The notes beneath the pieces were generated by a model. It was not told the origin of the DNA and searched no databases. It saw only the letters and a list, made by a program, of their open reading frames with translations. The position numbers and the translations under genes are program-made. A DNA stretch of 39,306 nucleotides. It comes from a virus. Taxonomy: Duplodnaviria > Heunggongvirae > Uroviricota > Caudoviricetes. Position 1 is the stretch's first letter; every line of letters begins with the position of its first letter. Location: the IMG/VR virus record IMGVR_UViG_3300025693_000001, one strand, 5' to 3'. This document shows, piece after piece, positions 9,424-18,619 of this stretch.

Positions 9424-9777
9424 CTAATCCGATGGTGTATTGTTTCTGTGTTTGTCTAGATTCGTTCTCCAACTATCAAGTTGATCATGTGAAATTGATT
9501 CGTGTAACGTTTTTATCGTTTGTTCAAGTTCTGCTATTGTACTAGCAGCCAGGTTTTCTTTTTTATGAACATCATTTTTAAATGCATTGAACGCAATCTG
9601 AAGATCTCTGAATTCCTCATTCTTACAATTAAGAGCATTAATTGTGTTTTCAACCTGCGTTATTGCTTGTTTGGTTTGTTCATCCTTAACACCATACGGA
9701 TACATCCGTTCAAACAACTTCCGTTGCTTTGGTGTGCATAAAGATAGAATTGATTCTAAATATTGTTTATCGCTCAT
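9424..9777 (-). CDS. hypothetical coiled-coil protein
   Basis: 117 aa, GGGAG RBS. Confidence 0.7.
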   Translation of the reverse strand: MSDKQYLESILSLCTPKQRKLFERMYPYGVKDEQTKQAITQVENTINALNCKNEEFRDLQIAFNAFKNDVHKKENLAASTIAELEQTIKTLHESISHDQLDSWRTNLDKHRNNTPSD

Positions 9778-10145
9778 GTGTACCCTCCCGCTATTATTTT
9801 ATATTGTATACGTTCCAAATAATGCAACTCAGCTTTAGCCAAATATACATACCTATCATCAATTTCTTTGTTCGTTTCACGAGCCATACATCCATATCCC
9901 ATCTTATTGTGATAAGCATAATCCCACCACGCGTCATATGGAGTCCCTTCACAATTACGATGACCACTATCCTCAAACACAGGACACCCGTTACAATCGT
10001 TGTCATCTGTGTCATACATCTTACATAACCGACAATCATCAACCATCAAATCGTTATATCCCCTAGAGACCTGTTTCCACCGATGAATTGAGTGGGCTAG
10101 ATGTATTATCTGGTTGATGTTTTCCAAACTTGGGGTGGTTGTCAT
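9774..10145 (-). CDS. Cys-rich hypothetical protein
   Basis: CRLC..CNGCPV..C motif. Confidence 0.72.
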   Translation of the reverse strand: MTTTPSLENINQIIHLAHSIHRWKQVSRGYNDLMVDDCRLCKMYDTDDNDCNGCPVFEDSGHRNCEGTPYDAWWDYAYHNKMGYGCMARETNKEIDDRYVYLAKAELHYLERIQYKIIAGGYT

Positions 10146-10276
10146 TGGTCTTCCTTAATGGGATCAAAATCTCGTCTTACTAATCTATCAACAATGATAA
10201 CACGTAGTGACCATTGTGTTACAGGATTTGTGGTAGCTTTTAGTTGCTCGATCAATTCCAATAAAGTTAATCTCAT
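10142..10276 (-). CDS. small hypothetical protein (44 aa)
   Basis: My translation MRLTLLELIEQLK...; overlapping stop/start at both ends. Confidence 0.6.
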   Translation of the reverse strand: MRLTLLELIEQLKATTNPVTQWSLRVIIVDRLVRRDFDPIKEDQ

Positions 10277-10626
10277 TTTACAAAGCCCCGTTCATTCCAA
10301 TCCCCATCAACTAGTAGTATGTGTGAGCATTGTGGATCCACTTCACTTAATGTAATGATTTTTCCCGTTGTTGACCAATTAGTGTCCAGTTTTAAACCAA
10401 CATCCTCAATTCCAGTAGATGGAACACGTTTACCACATTTGTGTGGTGGGTATGGTAGGCCTCTTGATCCAGGTAAATTTATACAAGAGGCTAAATACTC
10501 ATCAACCTCTTGTGGAACCTCAACACCCATACGAATACATCGGTCTTTAATCTGTTGCATACCATCACGCTTACTGTCTTTACCTGTGTACGCGTAATGT
10601 AACATATTTGATACGTTTATCTTCAT
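10273..10626 (-). CDS. hypothetical protein
   Basis: 117 aa, GAGG RBS. Confidence 0.7.
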   Translation of the reverse strand: MKINVSNMLHYAYTGKDSKRDGMQQIKDRCIRMGVEVPQEVDEYLASCINLPGSRGLPYPPHKCGKRVPSTGIEDVGLKLDTNWSTTGKIITLSEVDPQCSHILLVDGDWNERGFVK

Positions 10627-10663
10627 ATCGCAATACCTCGTCGTTTACAAAACATATAATTTA

Positions 10664-10843
10664 TCACGCTAACCACTCATCACATTGACGTTCGGAAAGC
10701 TCTTGGATATTCATTCCAGCTAACTCACCCATAAGATACGTTCCATCCGCCATCGTATAAATTATATAACGACGAACAGAGTTCCCTACCCTATTGGTCA
10801 CAATCTCTGTATTCACAACCTGCACACTTTCTTTTGAACTCAT
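10664..10843 (-). CDS. small hypothetical protein (59 aa)
   Basis: My translation MSSKESVQVV...; ATGA overlap with upstream gene. Confidence 0.6.
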   Translation of the reverse strand: MSSKESVQVVNTEIVTNRVGNSVRRYIIYTMADGTYLMGELAGMNIQELSERQCDEWLA

Positions 10844-11517
10844 TTGGACTTTCCTATAAAATTAAAAACACAATCACCAACACTCTTCAGTTGACCGTTA
10901 GCATATAAAATGGTGGGTGTGTTGTGTTCTCGACCATCCGAGTTCTGATAACTGATTTGATTACCATTAGCATCATACACATACCACTCTTCATAACCAC
11001 TAGCACCCAAATAATGTTGTACTTTATTGTTTAAATCATATTTAACCCAACACTCAACACCATTCATGTTCGTATAATGGATGTTATTACCACGAGCATC
11101 ATAATCCCAATGCTCCTGCTCACCATCAGATACACGACTCAACGTACCAATGCTATCAGATGTAAACGCCCTGGTGCTACGAACCCCAATCAGATTACCA
11201 ACTTCATTATACTCACGCCACGACTCAACACCATCACATTCTTTTGTATAACTCAAAAAACCAAAATCATTATATTCATATACGGCATAATACTTTGATG
11301 GGTGGTCATACATATATGGACGAACCTCACTTAAACATCCAGGCAACCACTCATCAGTGAATACCTTCGTTACCCATCGGACCAACATATTCCGTCGATC
11401 CAATTTAATAAGGTCATGAAGCGGATAACCCAATAACTTATTTCTAATAACAAAATCTATCAGATCTGGATTAGCATTACGTTCGGACATCCACTCAATC
11501 GATAATGTGTCAGTCAT
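10840..11517 (-). CDS. YD-like beta-hairpin repeat protein (paralog of 12550-13383)
   Basis: Repeats such as EEWYVYDANGNQISYQNSDG; shared termini with paralog. Confidence 0.78.
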   Translation of the reverse strand: MTDTLSIEWMSERNANPDLIDFVIRNKLLGYPLHDLIKLDRRNMLVRWVTKVFTDEWLPGCLSEVRPYMYDHPSKYYAVYEYNDFGFLSYTKECDGVESWREYNEVGNLIGVRSTRAFTSDSIGTLSRVSDGEQEHWDYDARGNNIHYTNMNGVECWVKYDLNNKVQHYLGASGYEEWYVYDANGNQISYQNSDGREHNTPTILYANGQLKSVGDCVFNFIGKSK

Positions 11518-11875
11518 GACTATGACACTCCGGATTAATACAAACTAAATCACCAAATAATATTCTATCCCTGACAGCAGAACTACCACATTCGGAACAA
11601 AAATTAGTGCAACCCTCCTTAATTATCTTACCAACTGGCCTCTTAGGAACAGGAACATCTGGCAAAAATCGAATAGGAGGTGGCTCCGGTACAGCTAACC
11701 GATCAACTTCTTCCACAACTTCACCAACAAACTGCGACGATAAGGTCCACCCATTACAATCATGAAATGTATATATCCATCCCCCAGGTACCCTCATTAC
11801 ACGTCTGTTGGTATTGAGAGACTTCTGCTCATGCAATGGCATGTTCAATAACTCATTAATATCCAATCTATACAC
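11510..11875 (-). CDS. hypothetical protein with C-terminal zinc ribbon
   Basis: RVPGGWIY; CSECG..C.NPEC. Confidence 0.72.
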   Translation of the reverse strand: MYRLDINELLNMPLHEQKSLNTNRRVMRVPGGWIYTFHDCNGWTLSSQFVGEVVEEVDRLAVPEPPPIRFLPDVPVPKRPVGKIIKEGCTNFCSECGSSAVRDRILFGDLVCINPECHSHD

Positions 11876-12140
11876 CCCTATCTAACACACCATGAATACG
11901 ATTAATGTTATATACACTAACCGGCTTCGATACCTCATCATCACTAATACTATCAATCAATAACTTCTTCGCACTTGATAATACATCATCAACATCCAGC
12001 CAATCATTAGCGGTACCAACATCAACTAATATACGACCCGTTTTATCACGCGGAAATCCAACCACACGATATGCTCGACCACATAACATAGCCCTACCAA
12101 TACTAATACTCAATGCACTAACTCTTTCTTCGAATGTCAT
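11868..12140 (-). CDS. hypothetical protein
   Basis: ATG 12140 preferred over TTG 12164. Confidence 0.6.
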   Translation of the reverse strand: MTFEERVSALSISIGRAMLCGRAYRVVGFPRDKTGRILVDVGTANDWLDVDDVLSSAKKLLIDSISDDEVSKPVSVYNINRIHGVLDRGV

Positions 12141-12162
12141 TATGCTACTCGTTATATAATAC

Positions 12163-12193
12163 AAAAAAAAAGACGGGACATTACATCCCGTCT
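12163..12193 (-). terminator. intrinsic terminator
   Basis: AGACGGGAT-GTAA-TGTCCCGTCT followed by T run. Confidence 0.85.
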
Positions 12194-12206
12194 AACCTTT
12201 ATCTAC

Positions 12207-12467
12207 TTACCACCAACTTCCACCGTGGACCTCACAGTTCTCTTTGGCTTCTTTCATGTGCTTTTTGTGTTGCTTGTCGTAGTATTCCTTATTCTCATAA
12301 TACTCAACATTACTAATATCCCTACCAGGTTCACCATTACACGTACATCTTGGTGTGGGCTTCGATTTACTACTTGAGCTACTCCCAGAACTACTCCCAT
12401 CATTGTCTGTACAAGCTGCTACAATTCCCACCAACATTAAAAAACCTAATATATAAACTACGATCAT
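12207..12467 (-). CDS. membrane-anchored protein with CxC...CxVHG motif
   Basis: TM, Ser-rich linker, CTC..YYENKE..DK..EAK.NCEVHG. Confidence 0.75.
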   Translation of the reverse strand: MIVVYILGFLMLVGIVAACTDNDGSSSGSSSSSKSKPTPRCTCNGEPGRDISNVEYYENKEYYDKQHKKHMKEAKENCEVHGGSWW

Positions 12468-12549
12468 GATACTTCTCCAAATGTTTGCTTTAATTTCATT
12501 TCGATTACTCCATAGCTCCGATGTTGTTATTCACTTTAAATTCCAGAAA

Positions 12550-13383
12550 CTATATTATATCACCCATTAGTGGGAAAATACAACTACCAATACTCTTCAA
12601 TTGTCCATTGGCGTAAAATTCAGTTGGCGTCTCAAGCCCATCACCATCATCAATAATATTACCAACAGCATCATACGTTAGAACATATACAAGCCCATCC
12701 GTATCTCGATAATGATCCTGACGATCAGTACACTCAACCCATAACTCAAAACCAGACTCCTCACGATGATGCAATAACTTTCCCTTAGCATCATACGATC
12801 GCTCATATCCCATTCCATCCAATGAACTCTCAAACTTAATAACCTCACCATCTTTAAAAGTATTGACAGTTCGATAACCATTACTGTTCCAATGCGTTAT
12901 CTTATCAACCTCATACTTAAACCACTTCTCAAATCCATCCGCTCGCCTAACATACACAATATCATCATTATCATTATACTCAGTCCACTCAGCTCGACCA
13001 TCCCTTCCAGACTTCTCATACGTTCGATTACCCCGCTCATCAAACGCATACCAAGACTCCCAACCACTATGCACACTTCGATAATATATCGTATTACCAT
13101 TAGCATCTAACTTCTTCCAACACTCACTAACCTTACCAATATCACAATGTCGGATACGAAGACCATATTCCATACTCTCCGTATACTCAACCTCAACTCG
13201 AACCCCCTCCCTAGCTATACGATCCAAAACCTCACTCACCCAATCTACATACGAATGCCTACCATCTATCTTATCAATACAACTAAATGGAAATCCAATT
13301 AACTTATTTCGCTCAATAAAATCTATACCATCACGACACGCATGATACGTACACAACCAATCTACCGTTAATACTTCACCCAT
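12550..13383 (-). CDS. YD-like beta-hairpin repeat protein (paralog of 10840-11517)
   Basis: ESWYAFDERGNRTYEK-type repeats; ends TPTEFYANGQLKSIG.C.F. Confidence 0.78.
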   Translation of the reverse strand: MGEVLTVDWLCTYHACRDGIDFIERNKLIGFPFSCIDKIDGRHSYVDWVSEVLDRIAREGVRVEVEYTESMEYGLRIRHCDIGKVSECWKKLDANGNTIYYRSVHSGWESWYAFDERGNRTYEKSGRDGRAEWTEYNDNDDIVYVRRADGFEKWFKYEVDKITHWNSNGYRTVNTFKDGEVIKFESSLDGMGYERSYDAKGKLLHHREESGFELWVECTDRQDHYRDTDGLVYVLTYDAVGNIIDDGDGLETPTEFYANGQLKSIGSCIFPLMGDII

Positions 13384-13384
13384 C

Positions 13385-14266
13385 TCAATAATGCTCCCGC
13401 TTAACTCTAATACCCCTTATAGGCCATACTACATCACGATTATACCTAGCATCAATCGCAGCCTCCATACTACCACTACCATGAACAGCACAACCCCGCT
13501 TAGCTTCAACCCGCTTCTCTTCATTGTACTTGTCAACTCTCTCCTTGTTCTCCCAATAATACGTACTACTCATACCAGCACTAGAACTATCATAACTACC
13601 ACACGTACAAAATAGATCCGTATCAGTATCCTTGGACATAGACCTAATAACTAAATCCTGCGCTCGCTCAACATACAAATCAAACCCACGACGACTCAAA
13701 TTAAACCACCAATCATCAGCTACACTAATACTATAATCAGCATTAACTCCATTACTGATAAATGGTAAACCACCATGATGACACTTAGCATTATAAGACA
13801 TAGCTATCTTCTCCGCTAAATCACCAATGTACATCTCAACTATAGCAGCAGCCTCACGCTCATTCTCCTCAGCTTCCTCACGCACAGCCATTGCATCAAA
13901 ATACTTCTCATACTTACTCGGATACTTAATTCCACTAGATCGAACACTAATAACAATACTATCAGGAATTTCATCATTGTCACGAACAACCCTACCCAAA
14001 TAATCCTTCAACTCAGTAACACTAAATCGATATACGTATGGCCCAAAATCACTCCACACATCAAACTCCGGACTATTACTAAACTCATAACACCAATCTA
14101 TATCATCACTATCTAAACGCAATACATACAAATCACGTTCACTTATAGGAACATCAACATCACCACTCACCAAAGAACACAATCCAAAGATCACAGCAAC
14201 AAAAACTATAATCCAAAATAATATCTCAAAGATATCCATAACTATATCAATAACAGGAACACCCAT
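13385..14266 (-). CDS. membrane-anchored protein with C-terminal CxC...CxVHG motif
   Basis: N-terminal TM; CTC..YYWENKE..DK..EAK.GCAVHG. Confidence 0.75.
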   Translation of the reverse strand: MGVPVIDIVMDIFEILFWIIVFVAVIFGLCSLVSGDVDVPISERDLYVLRLDSDDIDWCYEFSNSPEFDVWSDFGPYVYRFSVTELKDYLGRVVRDNDEIPDSIVISVRSSGIKYPSKYEKYFDAMAVREEAEENEREAAAIVEMYIGDLAEKIAMSYNAKCHHGGLPFISNGVNADYSISVADDWWFNLSRRGFDLYVERAQDLVIRSMSKDTDTDLFCTCGSYDSSSAGMSSTYYWENKERVDKYNEEKRVEAKRGCAVHGSGSMEAAIDARYNRDVVWPIRGIRVKREHY

Positions 14267-14376
14267 ACAACCCCCAAAATTAGTAAAACAAAAATTACAT
14301 CACCACACCAAGAAATAAATCCAAATATGATCTCAAATAAAATCCCAACAAATATCTCAAATAATTTAATACTCAT
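14242..14376 (-). CDS. small hydrophobic membrane peptide (44 aa)
   Basis: My translation MSIKLFEIFVGILFEIIFGFISWCGDVIFVLLILGVVWVFLLLI; GGGGG RBS. Confidence 0.55.
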   Translation of the reverse strand: MSIKLFEIFVGILFEIIFGFISWCGDVIFVLLILGVVWVFLLLI

Positions 14377-14851
14377 ATAACCCCCGTACGTAAGCTAGTA
14401 AAAGATTAACATATTACCCCATTATGAAACATTTATCAACATTATAGCCCTATATTATAAATAGACAAAATGAGCCCCCAAAACAACTGTATAATCAAAC
14501 AGTTAAAAATGGGTATAAATATTGTAAAACATAATGACGTTGACCCTGCAGGAATAGTGGGAATATATAGATGGTAATAAAACAAATACGGACTGTTGAT
14601 ATATAAGAGCAATAATAGGTGATTGGAGCCCCAGAACGGGACATCAGAATTGTTGTATAACGGCAAGGTGGCAGACTATCTACCTGTGTAGGTCCGCCGG
14701 TGTTCAAATTTCTATAGAAAAAATGGCCACCTAACCAAAAATTTATACTTCGGTTATGGTCTGTTGGTGGTTACTTTTTGGTGTGGTTAAAATCGGTTAA
14801 GGGCGCATGTTCTGTCTCCTGAGTGTATGTGTTTAGTTAATCAATGAAGCT

Positions 14852-14880
14852 ATTATACCACATCGCCATAGTGGGGGCAA
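14852..14880 (-). promoter_or_regulatory. leftward copy of the cassette-type promoter
   Basis: TTGCCC-17-TATAAT-AGCTTCATTGATTAAC, same leader as right-arm modules. Confidence 0.8.
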
Positions 14881-14942
14881 CGGTTTTATAAATTAAAAAG
14901 TGGCCACATGAAAGTGTGATGGTGGCCACATGATAAAGGGAT

Positions 14943-15791
14943 GTGATGATTATGGGATATGGTAAGGATGCTAGAACGAACAATGAGTACAGGGGAGATC
15001 GATATGGAGTGCAGCCGAAGTATGACAGTGTGCATAAGCGTGTGCGAGAGCGGAGGTGGATGTCGTATGAGGCTGCGAGGTCCACAACGCAACAGAAGTC
15101 GTTAGCTAAGTCGCGTAATGATTATTTCAGGTGGCATGATAGTTACAAGCCGGTGGGTATACCGAAGCAGCCGCAGAATGTATTTAAAGAGGAGTGGACT
15201 AGTTGGAATGATTTTCTAGGTGTTGAGAATACGTTTGATGGGTATGATAGGAAGTATAAGTTTTTCATAGAGAAGGGTGAGTCCAGATATGTGTGGCGTG
15301 AATTTTGGGAAGCTGTTAAGTATGTGCAGTCTTTGCGGCTTGGTTCGAAGCGAGAGTATCTAAAGTTGCATAGGGAAGGTGGTATCCCGAAGGATATTCC
15401 TATGGCTCCAGATCAATTAGCGTTGTGGAAGGATAAGTGGTCATCGGTTGGTTGGAATGGATTTTTGGGTAAGACATTGACCACACAACTGGATGCTATT
15501 AAGAATGTGCAGCAATTGCTGTGTGTATGTTCTAACGCGCATTACCCACCTAATATGTTAGAGATAATCATTGCTAAGGAAGGTATAGTATCGCTGGAAG
15601 AGACGTTAAAATCAAGGTCAGAATTGCAGGTCATGCGTACCTTTGTGTGGGAAGAGCATTTGATCGGCAGGTTTCATGTTATGGTTGATGCAATGGGGAG
15701 TAGGCAGGATGGAGGGGTGTACTTATTCCACAATGTAAATGCATTCATGTCAGAGTTAAGTAACGAATTCTTGATATATAGACCCACCTAG
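14943..15791 (+). CDS. protein with phage 'integrase repeat unit'-like repeats (probable DNA binding; not an integrase)
   Basis: Two repeats YEAAR..Y..W..P..IP..P..F..W..W.DFLG and FWEA..VQSL.L.SK.EY...P.DIP..P..W..W.GFLG. Confidence 0.7.
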   Translation: MMIMGYGKDARTNNEYRGDRYGVQPKYDSVHKRVRERRWMSYEAARSTTQQKSLAKSRNDYFRWHDSYKPVGIPKQPQNVFKEEWTSWNDFLGVENTFDGYDRKYKFFIEKGESRYVWREFWEAVKYVQSLRLGSKREYLKLHREGGIPKDIPMAPDQLALWKDKWSSVGWNGFLGKTLTTQLDAIKNVQQLLCVCSNAHYPPNMLEIIIAKEGIVSLEETLKSRSELQVMRTFVWEEHLIGRFHVMVDAMGSRQDGGVYLFHNVNAFMSELSNEFLIYRPT

Positions 15792-16023
15792 AATAGTGGG
15801 GTGTATGTAATAACGTCTTAATTACCTTTCACGTATGGGGGCATTATCCTACGTATTGATGTGTGGGTCAACGGTGTAATGCGGGTTTAAGTGGGCAATG
15901 TTCTTTATTACTATTTACTTATATTCTAATAGTAGAATATTCGAATTCTCTAATAGTAGAATATTCGAATAAATCAAAGGGTTAGTAAAAACCGACCACG
16001 TTTTTCCCGCGGGATGGTCGTTA

Positions 16024-16206
16024 GTGTGATGATTGTGTGATGATTGTGTGATGATTGTGTGATGATTGTGTGATGATAGTGTGATGATAGTGTGATGATA
16101 GTGTGATGATAGTGTGATGATAGTGTGATGATAGTGTGATGATAGTGTGATGATAGTGTGATGATAGTGTGATGATAGTGTGATGATAGTGTGATGATAG
16201 TGTGAT
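16024..16206 (+). repeat. 11-bp tandem array GTGTGATGAT(T/A), 16 full units
   Basis: 4x GTGTGATGATT then 12x GTGTGATGATA plus partial unit. Confidence 0.97.
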
Positions 16207-16580
16207 TATCGGATTTTGTTCATTGGGTTGTGATGTGGTGGCCATAGGATTGGTGGTTCATCGAATGTTGATAGCATCATGATAGGTTTACCATCTGAGT
16301 TGTATACTTCGATGATGCAGAAGTTATTGGCCAGATAGTTTGTATTGAATAGAGCGTATGAATTTTTGGGTAGGTGTTTGTGGTCTATTAGTAATTGTCG
16401 TAAGTATTGTTTATCGTATAGTATGTTATTTGATTTGTCCACATCTAATGATATTGTATTGGATGTTGTGTACGCATCGAATACGTCCCACCCATCTTCT
16501 GACCATTGTGCTACTGGGTAAGCGATGTATAGAGTTAGGTTGTATAGTTTTTGAGCATGAGCTTGAGATATTTTTTTCAT
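16206..16580 (-). CDS. hypothetical protein
   Basis: 124 aa; upstream TTGACT-17-GATAAT at 16704-16676; weak RBS. Confidence 0.55.
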   Translation of the reverse strand: MKKISQAHAQKLYNLTLYIAYPVAQWSEDGWDVFDAYTTSNTISLDVDKSNNILYDKQYLRQLLIDHKHLPKNSYALFNTNYLANNFCIIEVYNSDGKPIMMLSTFDEPPILWPPHHNPMNKIR

Positions 16581-16988
16581 AAATTTTGAGCGTATAAGTT
16601 TCCACGAATATTCGAATATCGTATATTAGCATAATCGAATATACAAAATATCAGATTATGATTATTATTATGTATATTATCACATATTTTTCCAAAAAAG
16701 TCAACAAAAATATATTTTTTATTTTCTTGAAAAACTGTTGACATTTGAAAAGTCAACAGAATAATAAAATAAAAATAAATGGATAAATTGTGGACATTGG
16801 CCACTTTGTGTGGTACTGATCTCATGCATTAAGTCTCCTAGGAACTTGTGACCAAAGTCAACAGTTATATTTTTCCGAATATTCTAATATTCGAATATTC
16901 GATAACCCTTATATGGAAATAAAAAGTTGTCTTTTAATATGTATGTTGTATAATAGCTTTATTGATTACAACAACAGAGAGAAAAAAA

Positions 16989-17282
16989 ATGACTAAAAAT
17001 AAATTTAACGAATTACAAAAATTGCATGGAAGTAACTTAGTATATGCAGAATCTGGTGTATTTAACTTTAGCATGAGTGATGGGTTAATGAATATGGATA
17101 GTGATGAAATTGACGTATATGATGAAGTAGAAGAAGAAATTAACGGTATTAAAGGTGGTGAGTGGTGGGTAGCTATGGGTGATGATATTATACACTGTAT
17201 TAGCTTTACAAGCTTGGATGATATTAGTGAAAAGGTTGAAAAATTTATTGAAGAGTGGATTGGTAATAATTGTTATGAATAA
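16989..17282 (+). CDS. acidic hypothetical protein
   Basis: ATG after module leader. Confidence 0.8.
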   Translation: MTKNKFNELQKLHGSNLVYAESGVFNFSMSDGLMNMDSDEIDVYDEVEEEINGIKGGEWWVAMGDDIIHCISFTSLDDISEKVEKFIEEWIGNNCYE

Positions 17283-17300
17283 CAGATAATTGTTGACAGA

Positions 17301-17330
17301 GAGGTGGATTTAGTATCCACCTTTCTTTTT
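17301..17330 (+). terminator. repeated terminator, copy 1
   Basis: AGGTGGAT-TTAGT-ATCCACCT + T tract. Confidence 0.9.
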
Positions 17331-17452
17331 ATCCAGTTTATCGAATATTCTAATATTAGAATATTCGATAACCATTATACTAAAATAAAATGTTGTGTTT
17401 TTATATTAAAGTGGTATAATAGCTTTATTGATTCAAACAACTGGAGAGAGAG

Positions 17453-17623
17453 ATGGAAGAGTATGATGATGTTATGGAGACAGGTACATGGTTAGAGGAT
17501 GTTAAATATGGTGGTAATCAATTCAGTAGATACAATGATGTTGATGGAAATTCGGTGTGGTTATGTCATGATGATTGTACTGTAGTTGAGAGTGGTTGTT
17601 ATAAAAGCCATGAATGTTCATAA
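17453..17623 (+). CDS. small hypothetical protein (56 aa)
   Basis: My translation MEEYDDVMETGTW...; own promoter and RBS. Confidence 0.75.
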   Translation: MEEYDDVMETGTWLEDVKYGGNQFSRYNDVDGNSVWLCHDDCTVVESGCYKSHECS

Positions 17624-17692
17624 AATAAATAGTTGCTTTTAAATATAAATGTAGTATAATAGCTTTATTGATTACCACAACTGGAGAACAAA

Positions 17693-17938
17693 ATGTCAGA
17701 TGAAATTTTATTAAACATCCACCCTGAAATTAATTCAACACAGACTTTACAATATTTGCAAGAGGTTGAGGCAGATGAGTTTGGATTGGATGATGAAGAG
17801 TTTAAGCAAATTCGTGAATGTAATGGTAGTAAGTGTGTTGTAGTAAGTTTGGCTTGTAGTGACAATTATTTTGATGTTATTGTGGTTGACAAGGGTATTA
17901 TGATACATGCATTAAGTGATTATCATTTGGGATTTTAA
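17693..17938 (+). CDS. hypothetical protein
   Basis: Own promoter, GGAG RBS. Confidence 0.8.
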   Translation: MSDEILLNIHPEINSTQTLQYLQEVEADEFGLDDEEFKQIRECNGSKCVVVSLACSDNYFDVIVVDKGIMIHALSDYHLGF

Positions 17939-18003
17939 TTGTTGTCTTTTAATATTAATGTAGTATAATAGCTTTATTGATTCAAACAACAGAGAGAAAA
18001 AAA

Positions 18004-18219
18004 ATGGCTAAGTTAACAGTTAAAGATACAATCAGAATGTTAGAGCAAGCAGTTTATGATTTACAACAGTTAGATGAAAATCTTGAAGTTGAAGGTCATG
18101 TGTCATATCCTGCCAATGGATATAGTGGTGATTATGTTAAGCCTATCAATCAGATTGATGTAGAGTATGAAGAAGGTGATGATGATTGTACCTGTGTTAA
18201 TTTAGGTATGCATTATTAA
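18004..18219 (+). CDS. hypothetical protein (possible paralog of 35989-36231)
   Basis: KLTVKDTIRML..LQQLDENLEV. Confidence 0.8.
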   Translation: MAKLTVKDTIRMLEQAVYDLQQLDENLEVEGHVSYPANGYSGDYVKPINQIDVEYEEGDDDCTCVNLGMHY

Positions 18220-18230
18220 TTAGTTGACAG

Positions 18231-18261
18231 AGAGGTGGATCTAGTATCCACCTTTCTTTTT
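18231..18261 (+). terminator. repeated terminator, copy 2
   Basis: AGGTGGAT-CTAGT-ATCCACCT + T tract. Confidence 0.9.
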
Positions 18262-18393
18262 CCTTTTTATATTAGTACATTCTAATATTCTAATATTAGA
18301 ATATTCGATAACCATAAGATAAAACAAATTGTTGTCTTTACATATTAATGTGGTATAATAGCTTTATTGATTCAAACAACAGAGAGAAGCACA

Positions 18394-18555
18394 ATGAACA
18401 ATTTTATCATATACAACTTGTTAACAACAATGCAGGTTGGTAGAACATACAAGTCGCATAAAGCTGCCAAAAAAGCATTATCACAATGTTCTAACCAACA
18501 ATCGTATGCAGTAGCATCTGAATTGTATTATATTGATCACATCCGTTGTAAGTAA
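18394..18555 (+). CDS. small hypothetical protein
   Basis: Own promoter module. Confidence 0.75.
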   Translation: MNNFIIYNLLTTMQVGRTYKSHKAAKKALSQCSNQQSYAVASELYYIDHIRCK

Positions 18556-18619
18556 TAGTTGTCTTTTAATATTAATGTAGTATAATAGCTTTATTGATTA
18601 ACAAAACAGAGAGAACAAA

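Noticed and set aside
10840-13383. Diversity-generating retroelement acting on the YD-like paralogs
   Set aside because: No reverse transcriptase and no near-identical template/variable repeat pair differing at adenines.
1246-13615. Many + strand ORFs overlapping left-arm genes (e.g. 8589-9152, 3818-4147)
   Set aside because: Antisense shadows of coupled minus-strand genes; no RBS or motifs.
14943-15791. Integrase/prophage call
   Set aside because: Only the short repeat unit is present; no R-H-R-Y catalytic pattern or att sites seen.
16024-16206. Possible CRISPR array
   Set aside because: Contiguous 11-bp units with no spacers; no cas genes.
16021-16245. His-rich repetitive ORF (IITLSSHYHHT)n, and similar ORFs at 34631-34911
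   Set aside because: Translations of the 11-bp arrays; no RBS.
16735-16759. Inverted repeat CTGTTGAC-N9-GTCAACAG as an operator
   Set aside because: Single occurrence; may just be back-to-back -35-like hexamers.
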